From: Vicugna vicugna | Taxonomy: Eukaryota | Assembly: GCA_013265495.1 (NCBI GenBank) | Contig: MU063255.1 | Span: 928,502-992,501 of the forward strand | DNA length: 64,000 nt | Direction of reading: 5' to 3' | In this document: positions 47,144 to 59,378 of the stretch, in pieces | How positions within the stretch are numbered: position 1 is the stretch's first letter | Layout: each line of letters opens with the position of its first letter | Translations under genes and position numbers: made by a program | The notes under the pieces: generated by a model | The model's database searches: none | Told to the model about the DNA's origin: nothing | The model's input: only the letters and a program-made list of their open reading frames with translations

Positions 47144-47998
47144 AAGACAGACCAGTTTCTAAATCCTAGGTTTCCTTCTCCCGATTGTGTACCCTTGGAA
47201 AACCCTCTTCACCTTTCGAAGCCCGCTTTCTCCCCTGGGTGGAGGGGGACTGGTTAGGACCACCTTGCAGACAACAAAGGTAGAGGGACAAAGAATAGTG
47301 GGAAAGGACAGGTGCCCAGGCACGGATGGCTTCCTTCTCAGGGTTCTTCCCTCATGACCCTTCCCACCCTCTGGGGAGCTTGTGAGTGAGGGGGTGGAAG
47401 GGGGCAGCTGCCTGAGTGCCCACTGAGTTCTGATCACCAACAGGAACGCTCGCCTCGGGTTTCATTAGTGAGTGCTCGCAAGTCCTGGGGTGAACTGCCA
47501 GTTCTCAGCCTCCTCGGCCAGGAGCCACAGGCTGTTAGACAGAAGGCGACACCAGCCCGAGCAGCTTCTCCCTGATTACCTTTGCTCGCACGCCCGCTCC
47601 TGCCATGACATCGCATTCCAACATGGGGCATCTGGTTCCTCGGCAGGAGGATGCCACATTCTAACTGCGGGAGGCCACTGTTTGGGGAAGCCAGCCAAGC
47701 CAGGGGCTGTCGGCCTCCCGGCTGCCTCCTCCGGTGCTGCCAGCAAGAAGGAAGAGGAAGAAGGACGGGCTCCCAATCTGTAGCGACCCCATCACCTTTC
47801 CTTAAGCAGGGCAGAGGACCGGTGGTGGCTGGCGGAAGAGGATGCTCAGAGTCTGAGATGAACTCCAGAACATCCTCACTGGTCTCATTCCAGGGTAGGG
47901 AGGGTGAGGGCAAAGCCACAGGTATGTGGGCTTTGGAATGAAACAGACCTGGCTCGGAGCCCTAGCTTCACAACCCCAAGAACATGGTTCGGCCTCTC

Positions 47999-48581
47999 TG
48001 TTAGTTTCCTCGGGGCTGCCGTAAGTGGGTACCACAAGCTGGGTGGCTCAAACCATGGCATTCATCATCGCCCAGTTCTGGAAGCCAGAAATCCCAGATC
48101 CAGATGTTGGTAGGGTTGGCTCCTTGTGAGGGCTATGAGGTGAATGTGTTCCAGGCCTCCCCACTAGCTTCTGGTGGTTCGCAGGCAATCCCTTGTATTC
48201 TGTGCATCACTGTGAACTCTGCCTTCATCTTCAACCGGCGGTCTCCCTGTGTGTGTGTGTCCAAATCCCCTTCCCTTTTTTAAACATTTTTTTTAGTGAT
48301 TTTTTTCAGGGGGGAGGTAATTAGGGTTTTTTTTTTAATTATTATTTTTTAATGTAGGTACTGGAGGTTGACCCCAGGACCTTATGCATGCTACCTAAGC
48401 ATGCACTCTACCACTGAGCTATAACCCCCCAGATTTCCCCTTTTTATAAGGACACCAGTCCGACTGGATTGGGGCCTCTCCTAATAATCTTATCTTAACC
48501 AACTACATCAGCAATCTGAGGCACCGGAGGTTAGGATCCCACGTATGAATTTGGAGAGAGAGGGGACAATTCAACCCATAA
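47999..48581 (-). mobile_element. MLT1A/B/C MaLR LTR interrupted by a camelid SINE
   Basis: 'tgttagtttcctcggggctgccgtaag...cagttctggaagccagaaatcc...' resumes after the SINE as 'ttcccctttttataaggacaccagtc...gacaattcaacccataac'. Confidence 0.82.
48281..48430 (-). mobile_element. Camelid tRNA-derived SINE (Vic-1-like, long-tail variant)
   Basis: The reverse complement reads 'ggggggttatagctcagtggtagagtgcatgcttaggtagcatgcataaggtcctggggtcaacctccagtacc...acccTAATTACCTCCCCCC...' followed by an A-rich tail. Confidence 0.88.
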
Positions 48582-51500
48582 CTGCCTGAAGCTGTTTCTC
48601 TCTTGGTGGAGCGAGGACAGTAAAGCCTGCCCCCTAGGGCCGGGTGACAGTAATGAGGTAGGGGAGGGAAGCCTGACACAGGCCAGTCAGGAGTCAGCAA
48701 ATGTGATTTCCTTTCCTGAAAACAGGCAGAGAACTCTCTTCCAGGGAGCTAATCTGCTACCCATCAATTAACCAAATTGAGTGCCCTAACACACCCCAAG
48801 TAGGAATTTAAAGACCATTTAATCTAACTTTCATTTCAGAGAGTGAGGAAACTGAGGCCAGCAAAAGGAAAATCATCTTCCTGATTTAATGACTAGCCTT
48901 GGGCTCAAACTAATTTTTTTCCTTAGAATAAGAAGCCATCTTATCCAGGGAAACATTCACTCTATTAAAATATCCTATTTCCAGCTCCTCACTTCCCTAC
49001 AATAACACTAAAATGTGTCTTGTGTAGCACAAGTTGTCTTTCTCAGACCTCTTCCACAGCCATCAGTTTGTTCAAACTTTACGACAACACAAGAAAATAA
49101 CCCAGGGCAGGGATAACTTGTCCCCATTGGACGGATTAGGAAACTGAGGCTTAGATAGCTACAAAGCATGTCAAAGGTCACAGGCCTAATCAATGATGAG
49201 GTGAGGATAAGAACTCAAGACTCATGAGTCCTTGCCCAGGGCTTTCTCATCTACTGCATGGTTTTTCATGTGGCTCAGTCACTCAAATGGGAGAATCTTA
49301 TGCAATCCAGGGAGGGCTTCTGCCTCCATGATTCCAGCAGCCTTTGGCAAAGACCCTCCACACAGCTCTTCCAGATTTCTTTTTGAAACACCCATCTTTC
49401 TTTCTGTGACTCTACTGCTCAACAACAAAGACACAAAGCTACCACACGGGAAATCACACCAGGGTCTCCGGGTTCTGTGCTCAGCGCAGGCTGGAAACAT
49501 TCACCGTGGCACCAGGAATCCCAGCCTCCACACCTGGTTGGGTGGGGCAGATGACAGAAGGCCTGCCTGGGCACCCAGGTGACTTTCTGCTTTGAGAAAG
49601 TCTCTCAGCCCTTTGCAACTTACAACCCCAAGACGAGTAGAAACCATGCCATAGAAACCATGCTTTCTCCTCACTCTTCCATGGATGGCCCAGGAGCACC
49701 AGCATCAGGACCTGGGTGAGCCATCTGCAAGAAATGCCAGGAAAGCACACACAAAGAGACCACTGCACGTGGACATGGCTGAGAGGAGAACTACAAAGTC
49801 AGTTAAGGCCAGAATCCAACAACTTAGCACGCACACTAATAGCCTTGGTTTATTGATCAATTGATTGGCCTATCCGCCATGCAGGCAGCTGTCCAGCAGT
49901 TAGCTGGGCAACATGGTCCCCAGCCTCCAGGCCGATGCTGGTTCTTGACAGCAGAATACCAGAAGAGGCCCGTAACGGGAATGGTTTTAGAGGTAGAACA
50001 GAACAAAATCATTACAGAAAGTAAAGCAAGCAGCCACCTTGTGGCTGCTCTGGGGTCACCAGGCTGTAAATAAGAGCAGGTTGAAATGGCCCGGGGGTCC
50101 AATAACTGAGAAAGGGTACAAGTCACCTTGTCATGTGAGGGGGAAAAAATGACACCTTTACAATGACTGAAAATTAACCTCGTGATAGGAAAAAAATCAG
50201 GAAATGTTTCGTGGGAGCAAGTCTCCCAGCACATAACCACCCTTCAGAGCATGCACGCTGCAGATCAGAAGCACTGTCATCTAAAGTCCAGTGCAAAGCC
50301 CAGAGCCCCACCTGCAGCACACACTCAGCCCCTGGTAGCTGCTATTAAAGGTCTATTCAGGAGCCAGAGAACTTGAAGTCTAAACTTTTGTCAAGCCCAT
50401 TACTAACTGGAGACCTCAGAGGTCTTAGCTTCCATCTGTGAAATGGGTATATTCACAACAAAAACCTTGAGAGACCCTAGGTGGACTCTCTGTTTTCCCT
50501 GCATGATCTCATTGAGGCCACAATGTAATCCTGTGAATCAGGTCCTAAGTTATGATATTTCATATTGGGAACATGACACATGAAAGACTCAAGCCAGTTG
50601 CCATTTACACAGCTACTAAGTGGAAGAGATGATTTGCGCTCCATAGCCTGAGTTCTTAGCATCTTTAAAATAATAACCGCTACCCAGGGATGAAGGGAGG
50701 AATAAATGATACTGCATACATGAAAGAATTTTTCAAAAATCACCAAGTAGTACATAACTTTGTGGGGGTTCATTATTTCTTCCTTCCCTGGGCATGAGCA
50801 GACTTCTAATAAGCCAAGAAAATTCCATTTCACATCCTACTCTTCCTTTATTCTTCAACTCTTACAGTAAAATCAGGACCCGTGGACTTGGGGAAAGAGT
50901 CTGGAGCAAAAGAACCAACTCTAGAGACAGGAGACGGAAGAGGAAGAACCACGGGGCCGCCTTGTACGCACGATTTGCAAGCTGATGTGCACATTATTTG
51001 CAGGGGACCAATGACTCTCCTCTTAATTAATGAACATGCGACCCACAACCTGTCTGAGACATGCGAAAAAATATGGCACGTGTCTGCAGGTTGCAAGCGT
51101 GCCAGCCCCCGGATCTAGAAGTCCCCTCCTTATACTGCTGGACTGGGAGTCGCCATGGAGACCACGTTTGAGCAATGGGGATGACACTGAAATTTGGTTC
51201 AAACCACCTCTCTGAGATGCTTGTGTGAAGAGTTGGCAGTGTGGCTGGCACTGGGCCCAGCAGGGTGGAGTTCTCAGAGTAAAGGCAGGTGGCTCTCTGC
51301 CCTGCAGGGCTGGGAGGGGAGGATGGCTCACTAACTGGCCATCCTTTATTTTACACCTCCTGTGTGCTTACTCAGTATGACGCCTGGTGCTGCAGGGGAC
51401 TGTGGCTGAGGCTGAGGACACAGACTTCGCTTTCCAGTGATTTGGTGTAGACAATTGCTGATGCCAACAGATAAATTTATTGAGTGCTTTCTCTGAGCCA

Positions 51501-51636
51501 GGCACCATGCTAAGTAAGCCATTTGCACGCATTATCTCATTTAATCCTTGCAACAACTCCGTGAATGAATTGACCCTTTACTGCTAAGATTTGTTGAGTA
51601 TTTGCTCTGTGCTATACATTCTGGAGGCCTAGCATT

Positions 51637-51860
51637 TATTTGCAGATATAAACTATTATATATAAAATAGATAAACAACAAAGTTCTATTGTATAGCACA
51701 GGGAACTATATTCAACATCTTGTAATAACCTATAATGAAAAAGAATATGAAAAATAATATATATTCGTGTAACTGGATCACTGTCCTGTACACCAGAAAT
51801 TAACACAACGTTGTAAATCAACTATACTTCAATTAAAAAATAAATAAATAAAATTTTAAA
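51637..51860 (+). mobile_element. 5'-truncated L1 3'UTR with poly(A)
   Basis: 'tatataaaatagataaacaacaaag...gtatagcacagggaactatattcaa...aatcaactatacttcaattaaaaaataaataaataaa'. Confidence 0.88.
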
Positions 51861-52254
51861 AGCAGAAATAAATTGTATCAGTGTACATGAAAGTAGAAAA
51901 TAAAATATAAAATGATACAAGTCAAAAAAAAATACTTCACAGAATCCTGGGGAGAAAAATTAAAAGCTTGTGCAAGATCACTGGCTGGTAAGTGTCACAG
52001 CCATGATTTGAACCTAGAAAGCATAGCTTCAAATGCTGAATGAACTTAACCATGATATTATACTATATTCATTCACCTGCTATTTGTTGAGTGCCTTTGA
52101 GGCAGATAAGAACCTTATATTTTTGGAAAGGGAACTGGGATAAAACGAGCAATAAACAAATCCAGTTCGTGATAGACTCTGTTCGTGCTGTAAAGAAACC
52201 GGGTGAGCGTGGGGCGAGATGGTGTCAGGGAACGGGCGGAGCCACAAGTTGGTG

Positions 52255-52650
52255 AATTCACCCCCGAGGCTGGCTCTGAGACTGTAGCCTGCAGGATGTT
52301 AGAATGCGCGGTGGTCCTGGGGTCCCTGCCTGCAGAGGAGGGATGGGAAGCAGGGGTCCCTAGAGGGAGACATCGGGCTGCAGTGCAACCCCACGCGGGA
52401 TCTCAGCCAACCCTGGGGCAGTCCTGGAGCTGGAACCCCCAGGCAGAGCTGTCCGATTTGGGACTTCCTCTCTCCACATCAACAAGTCACCGGATGGGCG
52501 CTGCCCAGGGGCGAACCTGACCTTGGACCAGGCAGTTCTTCTGCAGCTGAGCGATCCTAGGAAGAGTTGGCAAGCAGAAGCTGTCTTCCCACTGCTGTCC
52601 CAGCAGCTTGAAAGGGAACCTGGGCAGCTCTGCACAGTGTCCCCCGCAAG
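52255..52650 (-). mobile_element. LTR16-like ERVL solo LTR
   Basis: 'gagggagacatcgggctgcagtgcaacc...ctcagccaaccctggggcagtcctggagctgg...ttggaccaggcagttcttctgcagctgag' resembles LTR16C. Confidence 0.6.
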
Positions 52651-54284
52651 GGGTGAGGGAGGGGGGCTCTCTGCAACAAAATCTTGAATAAGACGGAACC
52701 CAGAAAGTGATGGGTGGGAAAGGCCAAAAGCAACCCAAGCAGGGAGAATGTGCTTCTGGTCGGGGAGAAAAGGCCTCCTGAGCACGATGCTGTGAGAGAG
52801 AACAGGAAGTGCACAAGCAGCTCCCGTTTCAAACAACCACCCAGGGTGAAACCCCACTCGCAAGCAGTGGACACATCCAGCAGGACCTGCAGTGTTTAGT
52901 TGGGAAGACAGACTCATTTGTTAGGCTTCAGACTCTCATCAAGTCTTTCTTACGTTACAAGGCTCTTACGGATTTAATTAACCACCATTGCTTTCAATCA
53001 ACAGTGTGTGTGGCCATTATAAAACTAACAATAATTACAAGATAGCATTTAGTATGTGCCAAGCCCCATTCTATGTGCTTTGTGTATATTCAGTCACAGA
53101 ATCTCACAGTCTTCAGACTCAGGCATCTGGGCTTCCTGCGGGGCTCTGGACCACAACAACAGTGTGTGGCCTCCCCAGGAGTGAACCCTGCTGTGTTAAC
53201 AGAAGCAGCTCAAGGTGTGAGAGTCCTACTCATCAGATACCACTGGACATTGTAATCACCTTTTTGTCACCTGTCCATTTTCCACCCTGCAGTCAGAGTG
53301 ATCTCTTAAAAAATAATAAAATATTATCTATTTTCAAAGGCTGAGCTTCTCACCCATATGGCTCTGGAGAGTCCCCTGGGCCTGTCTCTCCAGCCTAGTC
53401 TGTGTACCCCAACACCACCTCAGGGCCTTTGCGCATGCTGTTCTCTCTGTCTGGAGGGTTCCCTCCCCACCTCTCTGCTCCCTCTTGGACTAGTTCATTC
53501 CTTCTCATCTGACAGTCTTAGATCCCTTTTGATATTCCTTCTTACTACATATTTCACTTTTCCTCCAGAGCATTAAATACAATATTAATTCTTTACGTAA
53601 GTGATTAACATCACAATGTAAACTAAATAGGCAATTGTGTAATTCATTGCTTAAAGCCTATTCTCCTACACAGGGTAAGTGACAGGAGGAGAGGGACTCT
53701 GTCTTGTCTGTCACCGTGTACGGTGCCCAGCACAGGGGCTGGCAGAGAGAAGGGGCTCATCAGACGTTGTGGAATACTGGTGTGAATGCGTGAGCTTCAC
53801 CCAGGACGCCGGAGAGGGAGGTCAAACCAAATACTGGCTTCTGACACCTGAGGTCCCTCTCCTGTAAACAACGAGATCTCCCTCCTCTTCTCGCGAGGAC
53901 AGGAGCTAATGTATATAAAACACCTAGTGGTGTCCGGCAATTAGCAGCCCATCAATAATTAGTACCTCTAATAATACCTTTTCTATTATTTTATTAGTAA
54001 CATTACAAAAGGACTAAGAGTTCGGAGTGCAGACTCCACAGCCAACAAGCACCCTTGAATCAGATCCCAGCTGTGTCCTTACTCGTTGTTCTGGGCCTCA
54101 CCTACCTCTTCTGTACAATTAGGGTAAGGGTTACTCACGGGCTGTGGGGAGGATTAAAAATGAACGATACAAGGCATTTAGGACAGAGGTGTGGCACATA
54201 ATTAGCTTTATCTCAACAAACTTCATATATTATTATTGCCAACAATAAAAAAGCAAGAACAATTTAAAGACAGGCTTGGCTCGA

Positions 54285-54422
54285 AGAATACCTTGTAATA
54301 GCCTATAATGAAAAAGCCAGGAAAAGGAACATACATATATACGAATAACTGAATCACTACGCTGTATGCCACAAGTGAACACAACATTGTAAACTGACTA
54401 TATTTCAACTGAAAAAAAAAAA
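54285..54422 (+). mobile_element. Short L1 3'UTR fragment with poly(A)
   Basis: 'accttgtaatagcctataatgaaaaag...aataactgaatcactacgctgta...acaacattgtaaactgactatatttcaactgaaaaaaaaaaag'. Confidence 0.85.
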
Positions 54423-57400
54423 GAAGCTAATGGGCCAAGAGCACAATTCTCAAACACTTGGAGTGGGGTGACTTCACAGAAGAGAGACAAGGTTTCTGCT
54501 GTGAAACTCCAGAGGGCAGAACTAGAATCAAGGAGGTGAAACAGGGCAGGCAGACACTGGCTGAGCAGATGAGACGATGAATAGAATAGCAAGCGTCTCA
54601 TCTCTGGAAGTATGCACAGAGGCCGGCCACCTGCCACGGGTGACGTAAGAGAAACCGGACGGGAGGTTGTGCGGTGGAAGCCCTGACCAAGAGGTCTGTA
54701 AGACTCTGAGACAGTAAGATTCTTTAATGCTTTCAAACTCCATGCAAAAGTGTTTTCTTTCATTAATTCAGCTCCCTTTAGAACCAAGGAGACATATTCA
54801 CCATCGGTCAGGAACATAGCAAAGCTTAAAAAAAGTTGTCTGCACAGATTTTTGGAACATTCTAGAACCTCAAAAGGAATGTTGTGGGTTACACCAGCAC
54901 GAACCTCTGGCTCTTGGGTTCAGTGTTCTTCCAAACGGGACTGCACGAGAATGAGTGGGAGTGGAGGGGAGCAAAGGCACCTCTGGTGTGTTTATTATAG
55001 ACACCAGGGTCGCCAGGCGCTTCGCAGGCAGCCGTGGCCCTGCCCCCACAGGCTGGGCGTGGGAACCACATCGCTGCTGCGTGAAACGAGCTCACGAAGA
55101 CACGGAAGAGGGTGCTCACAGCAGGAGATGGCCGGAGAAAGCTAGGCAGGCTGCAGGACTGATCCTCTGTATAACACATTTCCTTCCATGAGCTTCCCTC
55201 ACAGCATGTAATGTACTTTCTCATTCCACCTCGAAACAGCCCCATGAAATAACTTTTACTGATCATTCACTCATTAATTTGTTCAATGTGCATTTACTGA
55301 GCACTTACTGTTTCTGTTTATTGCACTCTTGCTGTATACCAGCTCCTATTTTAGGCGCCCATCAAACTCATCCTTTTCATCTTATATTTGAGGAAACAGA
55401 CATACAGATTAAGCGATTCACCCAGAGATCCCAACTGGGCTACGCTCCTCTAAGAACAGTATTCCTCATTGTCATGATTTAATTAAGATAAATAATTACA
55501 GCCACCATCATTAGCATGAGCAACAAAAGTAGTAACTGTTGTTAGTACTTTACAGTTTACCAAGAACATAATACACAACTCACCCTATGAAGTGTGAGGG
55601 CAGTTATTCCTGTTCTAAAAATAAATATACTAAGACGGACAAAGGATAATTAACACATTCACCCAGTTCTCCAGACAGGAAGTAAAAACGAAAGTCTGCT
55701 ATGAGAGTACCACTTTGTGGCCCTGAATGTCTTTTCAGCAGAGCACACTTAATATCGAGATTTTGTGTCTCCATTTTGAAATTGTAGCTTATGTACTTCA
55801 TCCACTATTTAATTTGATTTTTCCAAGAACCCAGTGAGAAAAAGAGCATTATCCTCATTTCAGAGCCGAGGAAACGGAGGCTCAGAAAGTTTAGGTAACT
55901 TAGAGTAGGTACACAGCAGGAAGGGTTTGAGCCAGGACTGAAGCCCACATCTTCTGATTCCAACACCCTCGTTTTTCTCACTAACCCCCACTGCCAAGTA
56001 CCCGTCTAAAAGGCCTCCTGTGGAGAGAGGGAAAGGTGCTGGATGTTGCCCACAGCACCAGTCCCCCAGGCGTTCCCTTCTGTTTTTCCCTTCCAGCCAT
56101 CCTAGGCATGGGCCCGGGGTTCTTGGGGGAGCAGTGTAGAGAAAAGCATATGCCTTCCTCGGTACTAGGCCAGGCGCTCAGGAACTGATCCATCAGGGAG
56201 CTGACACAGTTTCAAATGCTCGCTGCCCTAATTACTTGATGATCCGTCATCACAGAGATGGCGTGGGGGAGGGGCGGGAGGATGGCGTTCAGCTTGTGCC
56301 TCAGCGAAGAAAAGGCAGGTAGAAATGCTTCAGGCTCGGTTTGTAGGAGAACAGTGTCCACCGAAGTCCATGCCCAATTCTAAACGTTGGTTCAGGAAGA
56401 GGGCAGGAAGGGGATGGGCATTGAGCATCTAATACGTGCCTGGCACCGTGCTGACCAATGACACGTTACCTGGACTAGCTCGTTTCTCTCCCATTATGAC
56501 CCTACGAGAGGGATTAATATACGCAATTTGTAGATGAAGAAACTAGGGATCATGGTGGCAGATGGGCCAGAGAGCTAGGTCAAGGCCAGATCAAGAAGCT
56601 TAAGACTCACTCCCGCAGGAGGCACAGAAAGTGTTAACCAGGAGAGTGATATGGTTGCAACTGCGTTCTAGAAAAATCACTCTGTTGCCATGAACTGAGT
56701 GTATCTGAGAAAACAAAACCTGAAGGCAAAAGGTTTCAAAGTATGTATTCAAGATACAATAAGGAGGGCCTGTACTAGGATCTACACATGAGGAGTGGCT
56801 AGGCTTGTGAGGCATCAGGATGCTGAATCCACATCTCCGGGAGACCAGCTGGAGGCCAGGCGGTGGGAAGGGAGTGAGTTCTGAGAAACACAGGTTTCTG
56901 GCCTGGGCAGCTAGACAGAGGGGGCTGTCATTCCCTGAAACAAGAACGCAGCTTTACGTACACATGCGATGCCTTACGTGTGAACCTGCTGATGTTAAAG
57001 TAAGCTGGTTTAAATAAATAAATAATGCTGGAGGGTTGCGATTTTAACTAGATTCACCAGCATGAGCTCGTTTTGCAGTAGCCTTGGTGAACCATCTCCC
57101 CTCCCTGCATTTGCCTGCATACCCATTAGCTAATTTGATCCTTGTTAAAAACATGAAAAAGCCAAATGCCATCATCCTCATCAGAGCTGATTTAGCGATG
57201 ATTTATTTCTGGACCAGTCATGGTGCTGACTGATTCGCAAGCACTCCCTCATTTTCTCTTCACACTAATATGAAGCTGGTTGCTATCATTATCCCGTTTT
57301 AAAGATTAAAACACACACATACAGAAGTAAAACACCCAAGCTCTCCCAGGCCTAGGCTTGAAGTCTATGATGCGTGGGTTACTTAACTTCTCCAAAGCTC

Positions 57401-58077
57401 AGTTTCCACATATGCAAAATGGGAATGACAAGGCCTACGTCACAGAGTTGGTGTGAGAATTAAAAGACACAAACATGTGAGAAGGTAGGAGTCATACCAG
57501 ATAGATCTGTGTGATTCCAAAGTACCAACCGTGAAGCACAAGCTATTCCGACCTGGTTTCTAAGCTGAGGAGATCGCTAAGCGGCAGTCATGATAGTCAT
57601 GGTCAGATGGCCCCATTGACAGGATCCTGCAAAATGGCCCTGACTCAGGGGACCAGACCGTCACTGCAGAGAAGAGCAATGATGTTTCTAGTTCTCAGAC
57701 CTCGAGTTTCTGCCAGGGCTGAAACCAAAAAGGAAGCAAGACTATCTTATGTATAACATCGAATTTCCCCAAGGTTCTCATCCACTTCCCAGATTTGGTT
57801 TCTTCCAAGTAGACAAGTAGGTGCCCCCACCCCGCCCCTAACAGCCCTGGCCGTGGTGATAATCACCCACGCTTTTACGGTGTTTCCATGATGGAGCATA
57901 ATCTGAGTACTTTACCCATAATAGCTCCTTCAATCCTCACCGACAGTCTTAATGAGGTAGTTACCATTATTATCAGACTTATTTTATACGGGGGAAGCTA
58001 AAGCCAGAGAGGTCACCTAACTTACCCATCACATGGCCACCAAATGTTAGAACTGGTGTGTGATCCCAGGCATTCTA

Positions 58078-58318
58078 GATTCCACATATAAATGATATCA
58101 GATGGTGTTTTTCTTTCTCTTTCTGGCTCATTTCACTTAGAACAGTGATCTNNNNNNNNNNNNNNNNNNNNNNNNNNNNNNNNNNNNNNNNNNNNNNNNN
58201 NNNNNNNNNNNNNNNNNNNNNNNNNNNNNNNNNNNNNNNNNNNNNNNNNNNNNNNNNNNNNNNNNNNNNNNNNNNNNNNNNNNNNNNNNNNNNNNNNNNN
58301 NNNNNNNNNNNNNNTCTT
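58078..58318 (-). mobile_element. L1 fragment (ORF2 end, no 3'UTR or poly(A)) with a 16-17-bp TSD, partly in the gap
   Basis: 'gattccacatataaatgatatcagatggtgtttttctttctctttctggctcatttcacttagaa' is the reverse of the L1 ORF2 terminus. TSD tgatcccaggcattcta at 58061-58077 and 58319-58335. Confidence 0.8.
58152..58314. other. Assembly gap (163 N)
   Basis: Run of n characters. Confidence 1.
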
Positions 58319-59229
58319 TGATCCCAGGCATTCTAATATCAGAGTCCACACTCTTGACTCTATGCTCTACTGAATGAATTGCATTATCCAAATCGCCAAG
58401 TTTTCTGCCACTGTTCTGTGTTCACACATACTATTGCTCTGTCTGGAATACCATTCTTTCCTCCCCTCTCCTTCCACATTCTTAACTAATCAAATCCAAG
58501 TGTCCCCTCACAATTCTGCCCAGGATCATTTTCCCTGCAAAGCCCTCCCTGATCCCACCCACATCCATCTTCCATAGTGAGGGCCCTCTCCTCTTCTCTG
58601 GGCTCACAGAGCACTGTGTGCTTCCCTCTATTATCAGACCTGAACAGATGCTCCAAAGCTTCTTTTTGTGTCCTCCTCTAACCTCACACCCAGTAGGTTT
58701 AATTAAGCCTAAGATTATATCTGGTAGAATACCTGGAACCTCACAGGTCCTCCATAAATACTTTCTGAGTATATAGACATGGTTTAGTGTTGATGGCATT
58801 AGGTGTGTTGATGGTTGCAGCCCCAGCATACATACTTGTGTGGATCCTTTCCTTCAGATTTGAAAATTCCAACTAGGGAATTTCAAACTAGGAAATTTAG
58901 GTAGGGTTTGAGGGCAGAGAGACAGGGCTGACTGACCTAAGTCAACTTGTCTCTATGACTTCTTCAGGAATGCACACATAACCCAAGCTTAAGGCATTCA
59001 GTACAGCCCGTTACACGAGTCAGAGTAATCTGGAGTGGACAACTCACTTATAAAGGTATAATCATAGAAAGCTTGGAAATTAGTGCAAAAGTTGAATGAA
59101 TAGAAATGTTACTTTGCTCCCCAATGGAAGCAGGAGGCGTGCAGTCCCTGGGGATATTATCAGCTATCTTGAGAACTCAAGGAATGAAATTGACTCCATA
59201 AAAGTTAGATCAAAGAGACAGAATATCAC

Positions 59230-59378
59230 TTTGTGATACTGATGAGCCACAAGATCAAACCAATCTTGAGTTCTCCCATACCTGTGGACTTCTCAAATAC
59301 ACAAGCCAATACATCCCACCATCATTTAAGTCCCTTTGAGTTGGGTTTCTATTACTTGCATCCAAGTGCATTCTAAGT
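59230..59378 (+). mobile_element. MLT1 (J/K/L-like) LTR 3' fragment
   Basis: 'cctgtggacttctcaaatacacaagccaatacatcc...tttaagtccctttgagttgggtttctattacttgcatccaagtgcattctaa'. Confidence 0.65.

Larger units (their letters stand above)
57870..58380 (+). mobile_element. MIR split by an L1 insertion and the gap
   Basis: The MIR runs to 'gtgtgatcccaggcattcta' and resumes after the second copy as 'atatcagagtccacactcttgactctatgctctactg'. Confidence 0.75.

Noticed and set aside
52360-52917. 185-aa ORF
   Set aside because: Lies largely in an LTR16-like repeat, with a composition typical of GC-rich non-coding frames.
54567-54603. 10-bp perfect stem agatgagacg / cgtctcatct with a 17-nt loop
   Set aside because: Roughly one such stem is expected by chance in 64 kb, and it does not extend.
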